Shown here: positions 52,486 to 64,000 of the stretch, in pieces | Layout: each line of letters starts with the position of its first letter | How positions within the stretch are numbered: position 1 is the stretch's first letter | Source of the DNA: Octopus vulgaris | Taxonomy: Eukaryota | NCBI GenBank assembly: GCA_951406725.2 | Contig: OX597822.1 | Location: 76,880,001-76,944,000 of the forward strand | Length of the DNA stretch: 64,000 nt | Direction of reading: 5' to 3' | The notes under the pieces: generated by a model | What the model was told of the DNA's origin: nothing | What the model saw: only the letters and a program-made list of their open reading frames with translations | Databases searched by the model: none | Program-made: the position numbers and the translations under genes

Positions 52486-55454
52486 TTGATGATGATGGGT
52501 GTATGTTTTTGTGTAGGTGTTTGTTCCCCACCACTGCTTGACACCCAGTGCTGGTTTGTTTACATCCCCATGACATAGTGGTTTGACAAAAGAAAATAAT
52601 AGAACAAGTACCAGGCTTAAAAGGACAAAAAGAGCTGGGGGTCAATTTGCCTGACTAAAAACTCTGCAAGACAGTACCCCAGCATGACCACAGCCTAATG
52701 ACTGAGGCAAATAAAAGAGTAAAAATTTTTTTTAAAAAGCATAACAATGTGTAGGTGTTTAATTAATGGCTACAGTGTGTATCAGGATGAAATTCTTGTT
52801 TTATTTCATCTTAATTCGGTTGTTTGTCATCTAGTGAGCATGGATGGTATTGTGGGTGGTTGTACCAGTATATCCACTTGGCTATTTTGCTTTAGCATTG
52901 CCATTTGCACTAATCTGGTAAACACAAGAGTTATCAATTGTAATCTTAGCAACTGAAGAATTATGCATGTGACAGACAAGCAGGAATACTAACAAAGGAT
53001 ATTATTTCAAACCAAGAGACATTGAAACCATCATCAGAACGGTGGTGCCATTATCTGAGTGCAGTCGTAGTAGTTGTGTAAGAGTGTAAGAAGTGATGGT
53101 GATGTTGGAGGTGGCGGAGTTGGTGATAGCAATGCAGGTGGTGGTGGTGGTGGTGATGGCAGGAAGTGATGAAGTTGTTAGTGTTGCTGATTCTGATGGT
53201 AGCTTAGAGATTTCAATTCTATGGGCTTAACCATTATTATGAACCAACAATTCAGTATGCTGGATACAGGTTAGCCAAGGTTAGTCATCAAAGGTCAGCA
53301 AAGGTCATTGTTGCAGACTTGTGATAAAAATCAATGGGTTTTTTTTTCTTTTTTTTATATTTGTATTCATTTGTTTATTTATTGGTTTATAATCTCCTTA
53401 GAATCCAGCTTCGGTTTGGAATTCTGAGTGAGAAGAGTGTGTGAGAATGAGCTGCTGTGACTAGGATGCTTTAGTGGAATCATGGGAGATATCATGTGGT
53501 TTGGTGGAGAAGAAAATGGGTGGTGAGTAGGTGCTGGGGATGGAGGGTTATGTAAATGTCCTTTTTTTTTCTTTGTCTTCATCCTCACTACCACCCCTGC
53601 TACTACACACAACCAATATCACTAAAGCTAAGCATATGTAAATGCTTCCCTGTGGCTGCTCGGCTAGCTGGAAATAGCAACTAAGTTTTCCTCAAATCTA
53701 ACCTGCTATCTTAAAAATGGAAGGGAACATCAGACAATCTAGTCCCTGTTAAACAAAGAGTCAAGGTGGTAACAGCTGAGTCTGCTTCATCAGATCTGAC
53801 CTGGGGTTAAACAACATCAGTCTTATCATCATCATCATCATCACTATGTGTAGGCATGGCTTTGTGGTGAAGTTTACTTCCCAACCATGTTGCTTTGGGT
53901 TCAGTCCCGCTGTGTGACACCTTGGGTATGTGTCTTCTTCTATGGCCTAAGGCCGACAAAAGTTTTGTGAAAGGATTTGGTAAACTCAAAATGAAAGATG
54001 TCCATTGCATTTATGTGTGTGTGCATGTGTTTGTGTACACTTGTGATATGTATGTGTGTGTGTATGTTAGTGTGTGCATGTGCATATGTATGCATGTGTG
54101 TATATGTGCACACTTGAGATATGTATGTGTATGCACATGTGCATGTAAGTGTGTGTGTGTTTCTGTGTTTGTGCACACTAGTGATGTGTGTGTGCATATG
54201 TGTGCATGTGCATATACATATGTGTGTGTATGTTCACACTTGTAATATGTATGTGTGAATGTATGCATATGTGTGTGTGCACACTTGCGATATGTATGTG
54301 TGTACATTGCATATATGCATGTGTGTGCATGTGCACATGCATGTGTGTGCATATGTGTGTACATATGAGTGTGCATGTGTGAGTGTTTGTGCACATGCTT
54401 GTGATATAAGTGTGTATATTTTAGCAGTATGTTCACCAACTCTTCATGGATGAGAGGGCAGGCCTTTTCTAACATTGCATGTTGCTTCTTGTCACAGTCC
54501 TTTGCCATCTCCTTTGTGAGATTCAACATCTTAAAATCAGTCCTCAGTACTTTGTCCTACATCTTCCTAGGGGTCAGCCTTCTACAGATTGCTCCCACTT
54601 GGAGCAATCAGCAATTCTTTATTCAGCTGCCATTCTGCATTTGTACAATCTTTTTTCTTGTGCTCTGCATTGATGTTGAAACATCAGGTGATAGTTGTGA
54701 TTAAGCACCAGCATCATACAAGCGAGGTTGTGCTTTCCCAGTCTTCCAAAACAAGTCAGGCCAGCCAAGAGAAAATATTAAATATTACTTTATTTGGAAA
54801 CAGGGAAGGGCCGGTGACAGGAAGGGCATCTGACTGTAGAAAAATCTGCCTCAACAAATTCTGTCTGACCCATGCAAGCAGGGAAAAGTGGACGTTAAAT
54901 GGTGGCAGTGGTGGTGGTAGAGACGACGACAACTACAATGACAACGATGTGGAGGAGGAGGAGGAAGAGGAGATGGTCGTCATCTTCATCATCTTTATCG
55001 CTTTCAATATTTCACCTGCTCCTTGGTTTCCTTTACCCTTTTGCTAACATTTGGGCTGGGTTCCAGTCTCCCTCTTCACCTTCTACAATTTTTGGAAGCT
55101 CCTGAAAAAGGTCAAGACTGCAGCCTTCCTGCTTTGACTGAGTCATTAAAAACAACAACAACAAAATAAAACTAATGGTCTCTCTTCTCAAATACAGTTA
55201 GAAAGGAAATTATTAGAATTTGTGAAGACTAAAAAGAGATGAAGCAAACCTGCTGAACTGGTTGTGTAATGTTAGTATTTGTAAAAGACAGTGTACAAAT
55301 GAGGTGAGTGAAAAACTGGAAATAAATGGAATTAAATACAGTATGCCAGGAAGAGGATTGCACTGGTAAAGGCCTTTGTTGTGTCTGGAGGATCAAAGGT
55401 CCTTCCTGAGCCATAGGTGCATTAGAGTTGGTTTGGCAGTTTCTGTGGCATATA

Positions 55455-56037
55455 CACAAACATGCAGGAAGTAAATAGACACCTTTAATTTTCAAAATCT
55501 TTTATTTGATATTAATTGGTTGAAGGAGAGGTTTTCTTCTAGCTGAGCTGCTCATCCATAATACCCAAGCTTATGTAGTTATGTAACATATGTTCTTGGA
55601 CTCACTTCTAGCTGTTTTGCAATGTCAGAAGTCTTCGAATGGGGTTCGTTTTCCACAATTCTCTTCAAACAGTGAAGCTTCCTTTCTGAGGGCCCAGGTT
55701 GGCCGGGACGAGAATCTGTTGATTTTTTTCCTTGGCTTTTGAATTGCACTATAATTCTATTAACAGTAGCAAGAGGAATTTGAAGATTTTCGGCAATTTT
55801 TCGCTGGCTAAGACCAGCCTCAGATTGCCCAACAATACGATCTTTTTGAAAATCTGACAGATCTGCTAAATTTTTTGTGTGTGGCATGGTTACTCTTCAC
55901 AAATGTTTCATATAATGGCACCTGGAATGAAAAAGAATAATTACATTGTAAATTCTGCACTGCTGAAAACATATTAAGATGCTTAGATCAGAAATTTTGA
56001 AAATTAAAGGTGCCTATTTACTTCCTGCATGTCTGTG
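55455..56037 (-). mobile_element. Internally deleted Tc1/mariner element with ~44-bp TIRs and TA target duplication; retains the N-terminal paired-HTH transposase fragment (55579-55887)
   Basis: TA|CACAAACATGCAGGAAGTAAATAGACACCTTTAATTTTCAAAAT ... ATTTTGAAAATTAAAGGTGCCTATTTACTTCCTGCATGTCTGTG|[16 protein letters not shown]...[20 protein letters not shown]...RPGQP; the DDE domain is missing. Confidence 0.88.
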
Positions 56038-57204
56038 TACGTTCCTACTTACCCTTGGACAGGACACTGGTCCACTGCAAGATTATTCATTTTTATCAGC
56101 TGAGTGGACGGGAGCAACTTGAAATGAAGAGTCTTGCTCAAGAAGACAATACATCACCTGGTCCAGGAATTGGAACCACAGTCTTACAATCATGGATGCA
56201 ATACCGCAACAACTGTGCCACACAAATAAAGAAGTGCTGAGTGCTCAAAGTGGATGTAACTTAAGAAGATATAGAACAAAGATTTGAGGAGTGATGTGAA
56301 GATGCTGAACCTCACAAAGATGGCAAAGGACTGTGACAACAGGCAACATGTGATACTAGAGAAAGCCTGCCCTCCTTTCCATGAAAGATTGGTGAAAATA
56401 CTGATGAAACATTAATAGAGACGGAAGCTGACATGTATAATATACCTACCTAGTCTCTCACTAACCATGCTCTTTCCTCAGTCACCCTTCATCTCCTCCC
56501 TCTAAAATATCCTTTCGTTTCTCTCTTTCACTCATCTTCTCCCTTCTTCCCCCATACCTTTTTGAGTATACTTGCAGCCCAAGGTGGCAAACTGGCAGAA
56601 TCGTTAGTGTGCTGGGCAAAATAGATGTTTTATGGTGATGGTGGTGGTGGTGGTGGTGGTGGTGGAGACGACTACGATGAGGTGGAGGAGGAGGAGGTGT
56701 GGTTGGTGTTAGGAAAGGCATCCAACCATAGAAACCAAGCCAAAACCAGACAGGTGCCAGGCACAGCTCTTCGGCTTTCCAGTTCCAGTCAAACTGTCCA
56801 ACCCATGCCAACATGGAAAACGGATGCTGTATGAAGATGATGATGATGTCTGTCTTTACATTCTACTTTCAAATTACGCTAGGGTTGACTTTGCCTTTGA
56901 TCCTTTTGAGGTCGATAAAATAAGTACCAGTTGAATACCAGGAATATGGATGTAAATGACTTAGCACCTCTCCTTGAAATTGCTGGCCTTGTGCCAAAAT
57001 TTGAAAGTAATAATCTTTACATCTCAAAGGAAGACATTTGGGTATGATTGCTTGGATACTGACAATTTGGCATTGCTGAATGGATGATCAGCCTGTTTTG
57101 GCAACGGTACATTTTGGGTACTGGAGGCAGAACACATGCATGCACATGAAGAACTATACACATACAAAAAGAGAGGGACAAAGAGAGAGAGAAAGGGACA
57201 GAGA

Positions 57205-57238
<34 letters not shown>

Positions 57239-58419
57239 CGTTACAATTTATTAATTGAACACAATAGGCTTAAACTGCTTGTGTCAATTTGTATTCCAGT
57301 AATGCATCCCAAATGTGAATAGAATTATAATTGACGAAGAAGGATTATTTTAGCTCTGCCTTTCGTCCATTTGGAGATGTAAAAATATATCACAATTCTG
57401 TATTGCAAGTTAATTTAATCAAATATACCCTGCTCCTCAAATTTCTGCTCTATGGGTGTGTAAGAATTTTGGATAAGAGTCATTAGTGCATCAGAAAAAA
57501 AATGTCCCAGTTTCTTATGTTCTGAGTTCAAATCCTGCCAAGGTCAACTTTGCCTTTTATCCTTTCAGAGTTGATGAAATATAGTACCTGTCTAATGTTA
57601 TTGTTGATGGTGTTAAATCACCCCCGTCGCCAGAATTGCTGGCCATTATTACAATATAATGTATTGCAGGTTTAGTTGAGTGGTTAAGGATCTTCCTTCC
57701 CAACCATGTGGTCTTGGGTTCAGTCCCATTGCATGATACCTATTTCTTTACTACCCACAAGGGGCTAAACACAGAGGGGACAAACAAGGACAGACAAACT
57801 GAGTAAGTCGATTACATTGATCCCCAGTGTGTAACTGGTACTTAATTTATCGACCCCAAAAGGATGAAAGGCAAAGTCAACCTTGGCGGAATTTGAACTC
57901 AGAACGTAATGGCAGACAAAATGCGGCTACGCATTTTGCCTGGCATGCTAATGCTTCTGCCAGCTCGCCGCCTTGATCTCATTGCATGATACCTTGCGTA
58001 AGTGTCTTCTGTAGCTCTGGACTGACCAAACCCTTGAGAGCGGATGTGGTAGGTGGAGACTGAAATAAGCCTGTTGTATGTGTGTGTGTATGTATGAAAA
58101 GAAGGACACAAATGGGGTTTAAGATTTACTACACCTGTTTCAGTAGAGTTTTATTGATGCTTTCATAAATTACATCGTAGCATAAGTTCACCATCTTCAG
58201 GTAAAATTTTAGACAAGTATAAACAGGTGAGATAATACTTGTCGACGACGAGTCCAACAAACAACATGATGAATAAGTCATATTTTGAAAAAGAATATGT
58301 AAATTTATAGAGAAATAATTCAAGTATTGAGAACATTTGAGGAGCAAAGAGGTCAAAACAACCCTATTATTTCAAGCAGTTACTTTTATTAGTTTGTAGT
58401 CATGACTTGTTGTGATAGA

Positions 58420-58860
58420 GTGTATGTATGAATGTGTGTATGTATGTGTGTGTGTATGTATGGGTGTGTGTATGTATGTATGTGTGTATGTATGTGTGTA
58501 TGTATGTATGTATGTGTGTATGTATGTATGCGTGTATGTGTGTGTATGTATGTATGTGTGTATGTATGTATGTATGTATGTGTGTGTGTGTGTGTATGTA
58601 TGGGTGTATGTATGTGTGTATATGTATGTATGTGTGTATGTATGTGTGTATGTATGTATGCGTGTATGTGTGTCTATGTATGTATGTATGTATGTATGTA
58701 TGTGTGTGTATGTATGTATGTGTATGTATGTATGCGTGTATGTGTGTCTATGTATGTATGTATGTATGTGTGTGTATGTATGTGTGTATGTATGTGTGTA
58801 TGTATATGTGCATGTATGTGTGCATGTGCATATGTGTATGTATGTGTGTGTATGTATGTA
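58420..58860. repeat. (TATG/TG)n compound microsatellite
   Basis: Direct observation. Confidence 0.9.
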
Positions 58861-59059
58861 CCATAATCACTCAACGTATTGTGGTTCACCTATCACACCC
58901 TCAGTACATCGTGGACTTTTCTGGCTAATATATGTAAATTTATATTGTGGACTCCTCAATATATTGCACGTTTCTGCAGACGATAGTTTTTTTTTTCTCT
59001 GTAGTTTCAGCTCAGAGCTGTAGCCATGCTGAAGCAATGCCATTTTGCTACACTGTTAT

Positions 59060-59374
59060 TACCAAGAGCCTCCTCCAATATGTGGCACTTGGTGAAGAAT
59101 GGGGTTTGATGTGGCTACGCTCATTTGCACCTCTTGCTGTGAGGTAGGTTCATCTGGGACTCTCGACAGGAAGAGGTCCAGCTTTGATTTCAAAACGCCT
59201 ACATCTACTTTGTACAGGTTCCTCAGGTTCTTTGAGAGAATATTAAAAAGCCGTGGGCCCCTGAAACCCAGGCTGTTGCAGTAACTGGTCCTGAAGCGCT
59301 TTGGCATTGCTGGGATCTTTGACACTATGCAGTGTCGACCCGTTATGGCATTGCTATAGCTTTCAATGCCAAAA
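59060..59374 (-). mobile_element. CR1/L2-group LINE 3' ORF2 fragment
   Basis: Translation ...NSLGFRGPRLFNILSKNLRN...VGVLKSKLDLFLSRVPDEP is typical of CR1/L2-group C-termini. Confidence 0.65.
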
Positions 59375-60224
59375 TTTGGCATTGAAAGCTATTTATATGT
59401 TTTTCAGATCTTAATTATTTCTGTGGTAAAGTTAGCATTTTCCCGCCTAAAGCTTAATAAATTGATAAATAAAAATAGAGCACAGTACTGCACTGAATGA
59501 CACATTAATTAAAATATATTAAAAGAAAATACGTAGTGTACCCTAGATGAATAAACAAAGAATTGCACATACTGTATGGAAAACGAAACTTGGGAGGTGA
59601 GTGTGTGGTGTTGTTTTGCATTTATAATAATATAAATATATACAAATTATGAAAATAATTAAAAAATATACAATACTGTTTTTACTATGCGGATTTTCAC
59701 CTATCACAGAGTGTTTTGGAATGTAACACCTGTAATAGTCAAGGAATTACTGTATGTATGAGTGTGCATATGTATATATGTAACATCATCATCATCTTCA
59801 TCCAGCATCCGTTTTCCATGCTGGCATGGGTTGGACAGTTTGACTGGAACTGGAAAGACGAAGAGCTGTGCCTGGCACCAGTCTGGTTTTGGCTTGGTTT
59901 CTATGGTTGGTCCAAGGTTATAGTAGAAGACATTTGCTCTAGTTACCACACAGTGGGACTGAACCTGAAACCATTTAGTTACAAAGCAGGCTTCATAACC
60001 ACACAGCCATGCCTATGCCTATAATGATTTTCTTTCCTTTTTTTTTTTTTTTATAACTCTGGCACAATGCTACAAATTTTAAGGGAAAGGTTAAAGCCAG
60101 TTAACACCCCAATCCCTACCCTAGACTCAATACTGGCATGTTATTGATTTTAATCAATACCAGAAGGATATCAAGCAATGATAACCTCTGCAGAACTGAC
60201 ACTTAGAATGTAAAAATATGTAAA

Positions 60225-60815
60225 TTTGTGGTGATGAAGGCAGCTATAATGTTAGTGGAAGTTGGGGGGGAGGTAGTTGTGGTGGTGGTGGTGGTGGTGG
60301 TGGTGGTGGCGGTGGTTGTGATGGTGTTTGTTGTGATGATGGCGCTGTGGGTGGGTGTAGTGATGGTGATGATGGTGATGGAGGTGGGTGTAGTGATTCT
60401 TATGGAGGTGGTGGTGCTGGTGGTGGTCAGATGGTGGACAAGTGGTGGTTGTAGCACTCATGATGGTGGTGGTGGTGGTGTGGTGGTGGTGGTGGTGGTG
60501 GTGGTGGTGGTGGTGTGGTGGTAGCGGCCCTCATCATGGTGGTTGTAGTGGTGATGGTAGTGGCTGTTAGTCTTCATGATGTTGGTGGCAGTGGTGTTGG
60601 TATGGTGGTAGCAGCCCTCATCATGGCGGTTGTGATAGTGATGGTGGTGGTTGTGGTGGCCCTCATGGAGGTGGTGATGGTTCTGGCAGTGACAACAGCC
60701 CTCATTGTGGTGGTGTTGGTGGTAGTCATATAATGATTGTAGCAGTGGTGGTGATGATTGTGGTGGCGCTGGCGATGGTGATTGTCATCATCATCATCAT
60801 CATCATCCTCATCAT
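60225..60815. repeat. (GGT/GAT)n trinucleotide-rich tract
   Basis: Direct observation. Confidence 0.9.
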
Positions 60816-61199
60816 AAAACCATTGTGGGTGCAATGGATTTGATATGTACAATGGATCAAATTAAACATTACTTGAAACTCAAGCCATAAACCCTCCCGG
60901 ATATACGCCACCATTACCACCACCACCTTCACAACATCATTGATTCCTCTCAGCCCTGCACCCACCTCTTATAGCCAATTTCACAGAAGTGCCGCCAGCC
61001 AACGAAGAATATTCTGTAGAGTGGGATGACAACATTAAAAGAATGGTAAATTGATCCAAGTCCTAATTACTTTCTTTTACCACACCTGAAAAGTTGCATT
61101 TTTCCCTCTCTCTCTTCCTCTCTCTCACATACACACACAAACACACACATATATATATCTTACACTGCCCTGTTTCTCTCTTTCTGCTTTTCAGTTTTA

Positions 61200-61241
61200 T
61201 ATACATACATACATATATACATATAGATATGTGTGTGTGGT

Positions 61242-61274
<33 letters not shown>

Positions 61275-61331
61275 GAATATACATATGGAGGGAGAGAGAG
61301 AGAAAGTTATAGATATATATTTAGAGAGAAA

Positions 61332-61389
<58 letters not shown>

Positions 61390-61481
61390 TGCATATATAT
61401 ATATATGTATGTGCATACATGTGGTCATGCAAGAAAGCATAAATATACATACACATATACTTGCATATTTACACACATACA

Positions 61482-61529
<48 letters not shown>

Positions 61530-61732
61530 ATTATACATATATATATATGTATGTATTTATATATGTATGTATATATATATGTATATATATGTATGTTTGC
61601 AAGACATGTATATATATGTGTATATATATTTGTATGTATATATATGTGTATATATATTTGTATGTATATATATGTATGTATATATATATATATGTATATA
61701 TATATATGTGTATATATTTGTGTGTGTATATA

Positions 61733-61763
<31 letters not shown>

Positions 61764-61819
61764 TTATGTATGTATATATATATATCATATATCATATATG
61801 TGTGTGTGTGTGTGTATAG

Positions 61820-61862
<43 letters not shown>

Positions 61863-62070
61863 TATATACATACACACAGACACAACCATATATGATATGT
61901 ATGCATCTGCACATAAATTCACATATGCATACATATCAATATTCACATGCATGTATTCATATTACTTTACATACACACAGACACACACACATGCACACAG
62001 ACACACATATGTAGAAGAATACATACATATATATATATTCATATATGTATATTATGTATGTATGTATTCA
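61200..62070. repeat. (TA/CA/TG)n compound microsatellite
   Basis: Direct observation. Confidence 0.9.
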
Positions 62071-62689
62071 TATTTCTGTTGCAAATAGTCACACTACAGA
62101 GGACGTTGTCCATTGTATAAAGCTTATTACTGCTTCCTGTAAACACAGCAAAGGCAATATATACACACCCATGCATCTCAAAGTTTACTCAACCCCACCT
62201 TCTAAACTGCTCCATACTCCAGTACCCTCTTTACCCCACCACCACCACACCACACACACACACACACACTCCTAGATATTTGTCTCCAACCACCTCCCAT
62301 ATTTTCTGGAGTTCATTCCCATTGTTTCCCTATAATAGTATGGAAGAACAAAAGGACCCTTATTCTCTGTCAAAGGTTCCATTGAAAAGCACACTGCAAT
62401 CATCTGAACTATAGCCATAAGAGGATAGTCAGATAACATGCATGATTAGCTTTCATTTGTCTTGGGCTTATTGGTCATGCTGTTGCTGTTGTTGCTGCTG
62501 CTGTTGCTCTATCCAATGATGATGATGATGATGTTCTTAATATCGTTATTGTTGTTGATGTTGATTTAATCATCCCTTTTGATGAAGGAAGGCTATGGAA
62601 AGTGGGGTATATCTTAATTATAATACATGCCATATTGAAATGTAAAAAACCCTTTCCCCTACCCCTTCTTTACAGTATTATAATTCTTG

Positions 62690-62724
62690 TTAGTGTTGTT
62701 GTTATTATCATCATCATCATCATT

Positions 62725-62755
<31 letters not shown>

Positions 62756-62773
62756 TCATCATCATTATTATTA

Positions 62774-62804
<31 letters not shown>

Positions 62805-62972
62805 CATTATTCTCATTCTTTATTATTATTATTATTATCATCATCTTCAACATCGTCATCCTTATTAATATTATTATTGTTATTGTTGTCCTTGTGGCCA
62901 ATAAAGAAAGAATCATTATTATTATCATTATTACTATCATCAACGCTATTACTATATCACCATAATCATCAG

Positions 62973-63024
<52 letters not shown>

Positions 63025-63150
63025 ATTATTATTATTATTTTGTTGTTCACGTTACTTAGTAGTAGTAGTAATAGCAGCAGCAGTGTTATTACTGTTATTG
63101 ATATTATCAATATTATTATAATCATCATCATCATCCTCAGCAGCAGCAGC
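62690..63150. repeat. (ATT/ATC)n trinucleotide tract
   Basis: Direct observation. Confidence 0.9.
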
Positions 63151-63697
63151 AGCATCGGCATGATAATTTTCGTTTGTTTGTTTGTTGGTTTGTTCATTGT
63201 TATCAACAAAAGTCCTTGTTGATGTTCGTTATCTAAATATTCTTTATGTCTTGGTGCTATCTCTTCACACTGAATGGAAATAGAATTAAAAATATAACAA
63301 ACAAAATAAATAAATAAATAATTAAAACTACAATCTTTCACCCACTAACCATCGCACCCTATGGTAGCAAACATTTTCCCGGGTCAATTATTTAAGTGAG
63401 ATCTTATTGTTGTGAGGTGTTCTTTCAAATACTGCCGCCGCCACTTATGATTATAATACCGCTGCTATTGTTGTTGCTGCTGCTGTTCTTGTTGTTGCTT
63501 TTGTTGCGTTGTCATTTTTTTTATCTTATTGATCACATCTTTAATACCACTTGGCCCTTGTACCCCCATTATCTTGTTTCCTAGGTTACAAGATTATGCC
63601 TGAGAGAGCAATGTCAAATATTAATATAAAAACATTAGATTTTATGTGTACATATATATATGTGTGCGTGTGTATGTGTGTGTGTGTGTATGTATTC

Positions 63698-63769
<72 letters not shown>

Positions 63770-63843
63770 GTATGCATGTATATGTATATTTATGGGTGGA
63801 TGTATTTGTATGTAGCTACATTTGTGTGCATATATATATATTT

Positions 63844-63874
<31 letters not shown>

Positions 63875-64000
63875 CACACACACACATACATACACACAAT
63901 ATATTTATAATTATATTATAATATATAACATACATGATATTCATGTGTGTGTATGTGTATATATATGTATATATTTATAATATATATACATACTCAAATA

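Noticed and set aside
54424-56405. Inverted ~110-bp repeats (54424-54532 and 56299-56403) as TIRs of a large transposon
   Set aside because: They are only moderately similar, lack a TSD, and look like independent LINE/SINE 3' fragments.

Overview
AT-rich, microsatellite-saturated eukaryotic DNA. Its SINE families look like those of Octopus (coleoid cephalopod); this is an inference from remembered repeat sequences, not a database result. Only two convincing host exons were found, both on the + strand: an EGF exon (40415-40540) and a laminin-G exon (49919-50156). They splice in frame and resemble a pikachurin/EGFLAM (Drosophila SP2353)-like EGF-LamG extracellular matrix gene. The rest is intronic or intergenic and made of tRNA-derived SINEs, RTE-tailed SINEs, a 5'-truncated Tx1/L1-like LINE in a (TATC)n array, Penelope-like, R4/Dong-like and CR1/L2-like fragments, Tc1/mariner, hAT, piggyBac-type and Helitron non-autonomous elements, and simple repeats. 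The most notable signal is a dense set of minimal type-I hammerhead-ribozyme (HHR) motifs: about 15 intact or decayed copies from several unrelated sequence families. Several sit as back-to-back palindromic pairs with one ribozyme on each strand, and a Penelope-like reverse transcriptase remnant lies in the same window. All structures were read by eye; no folding, alignment or database search was run.
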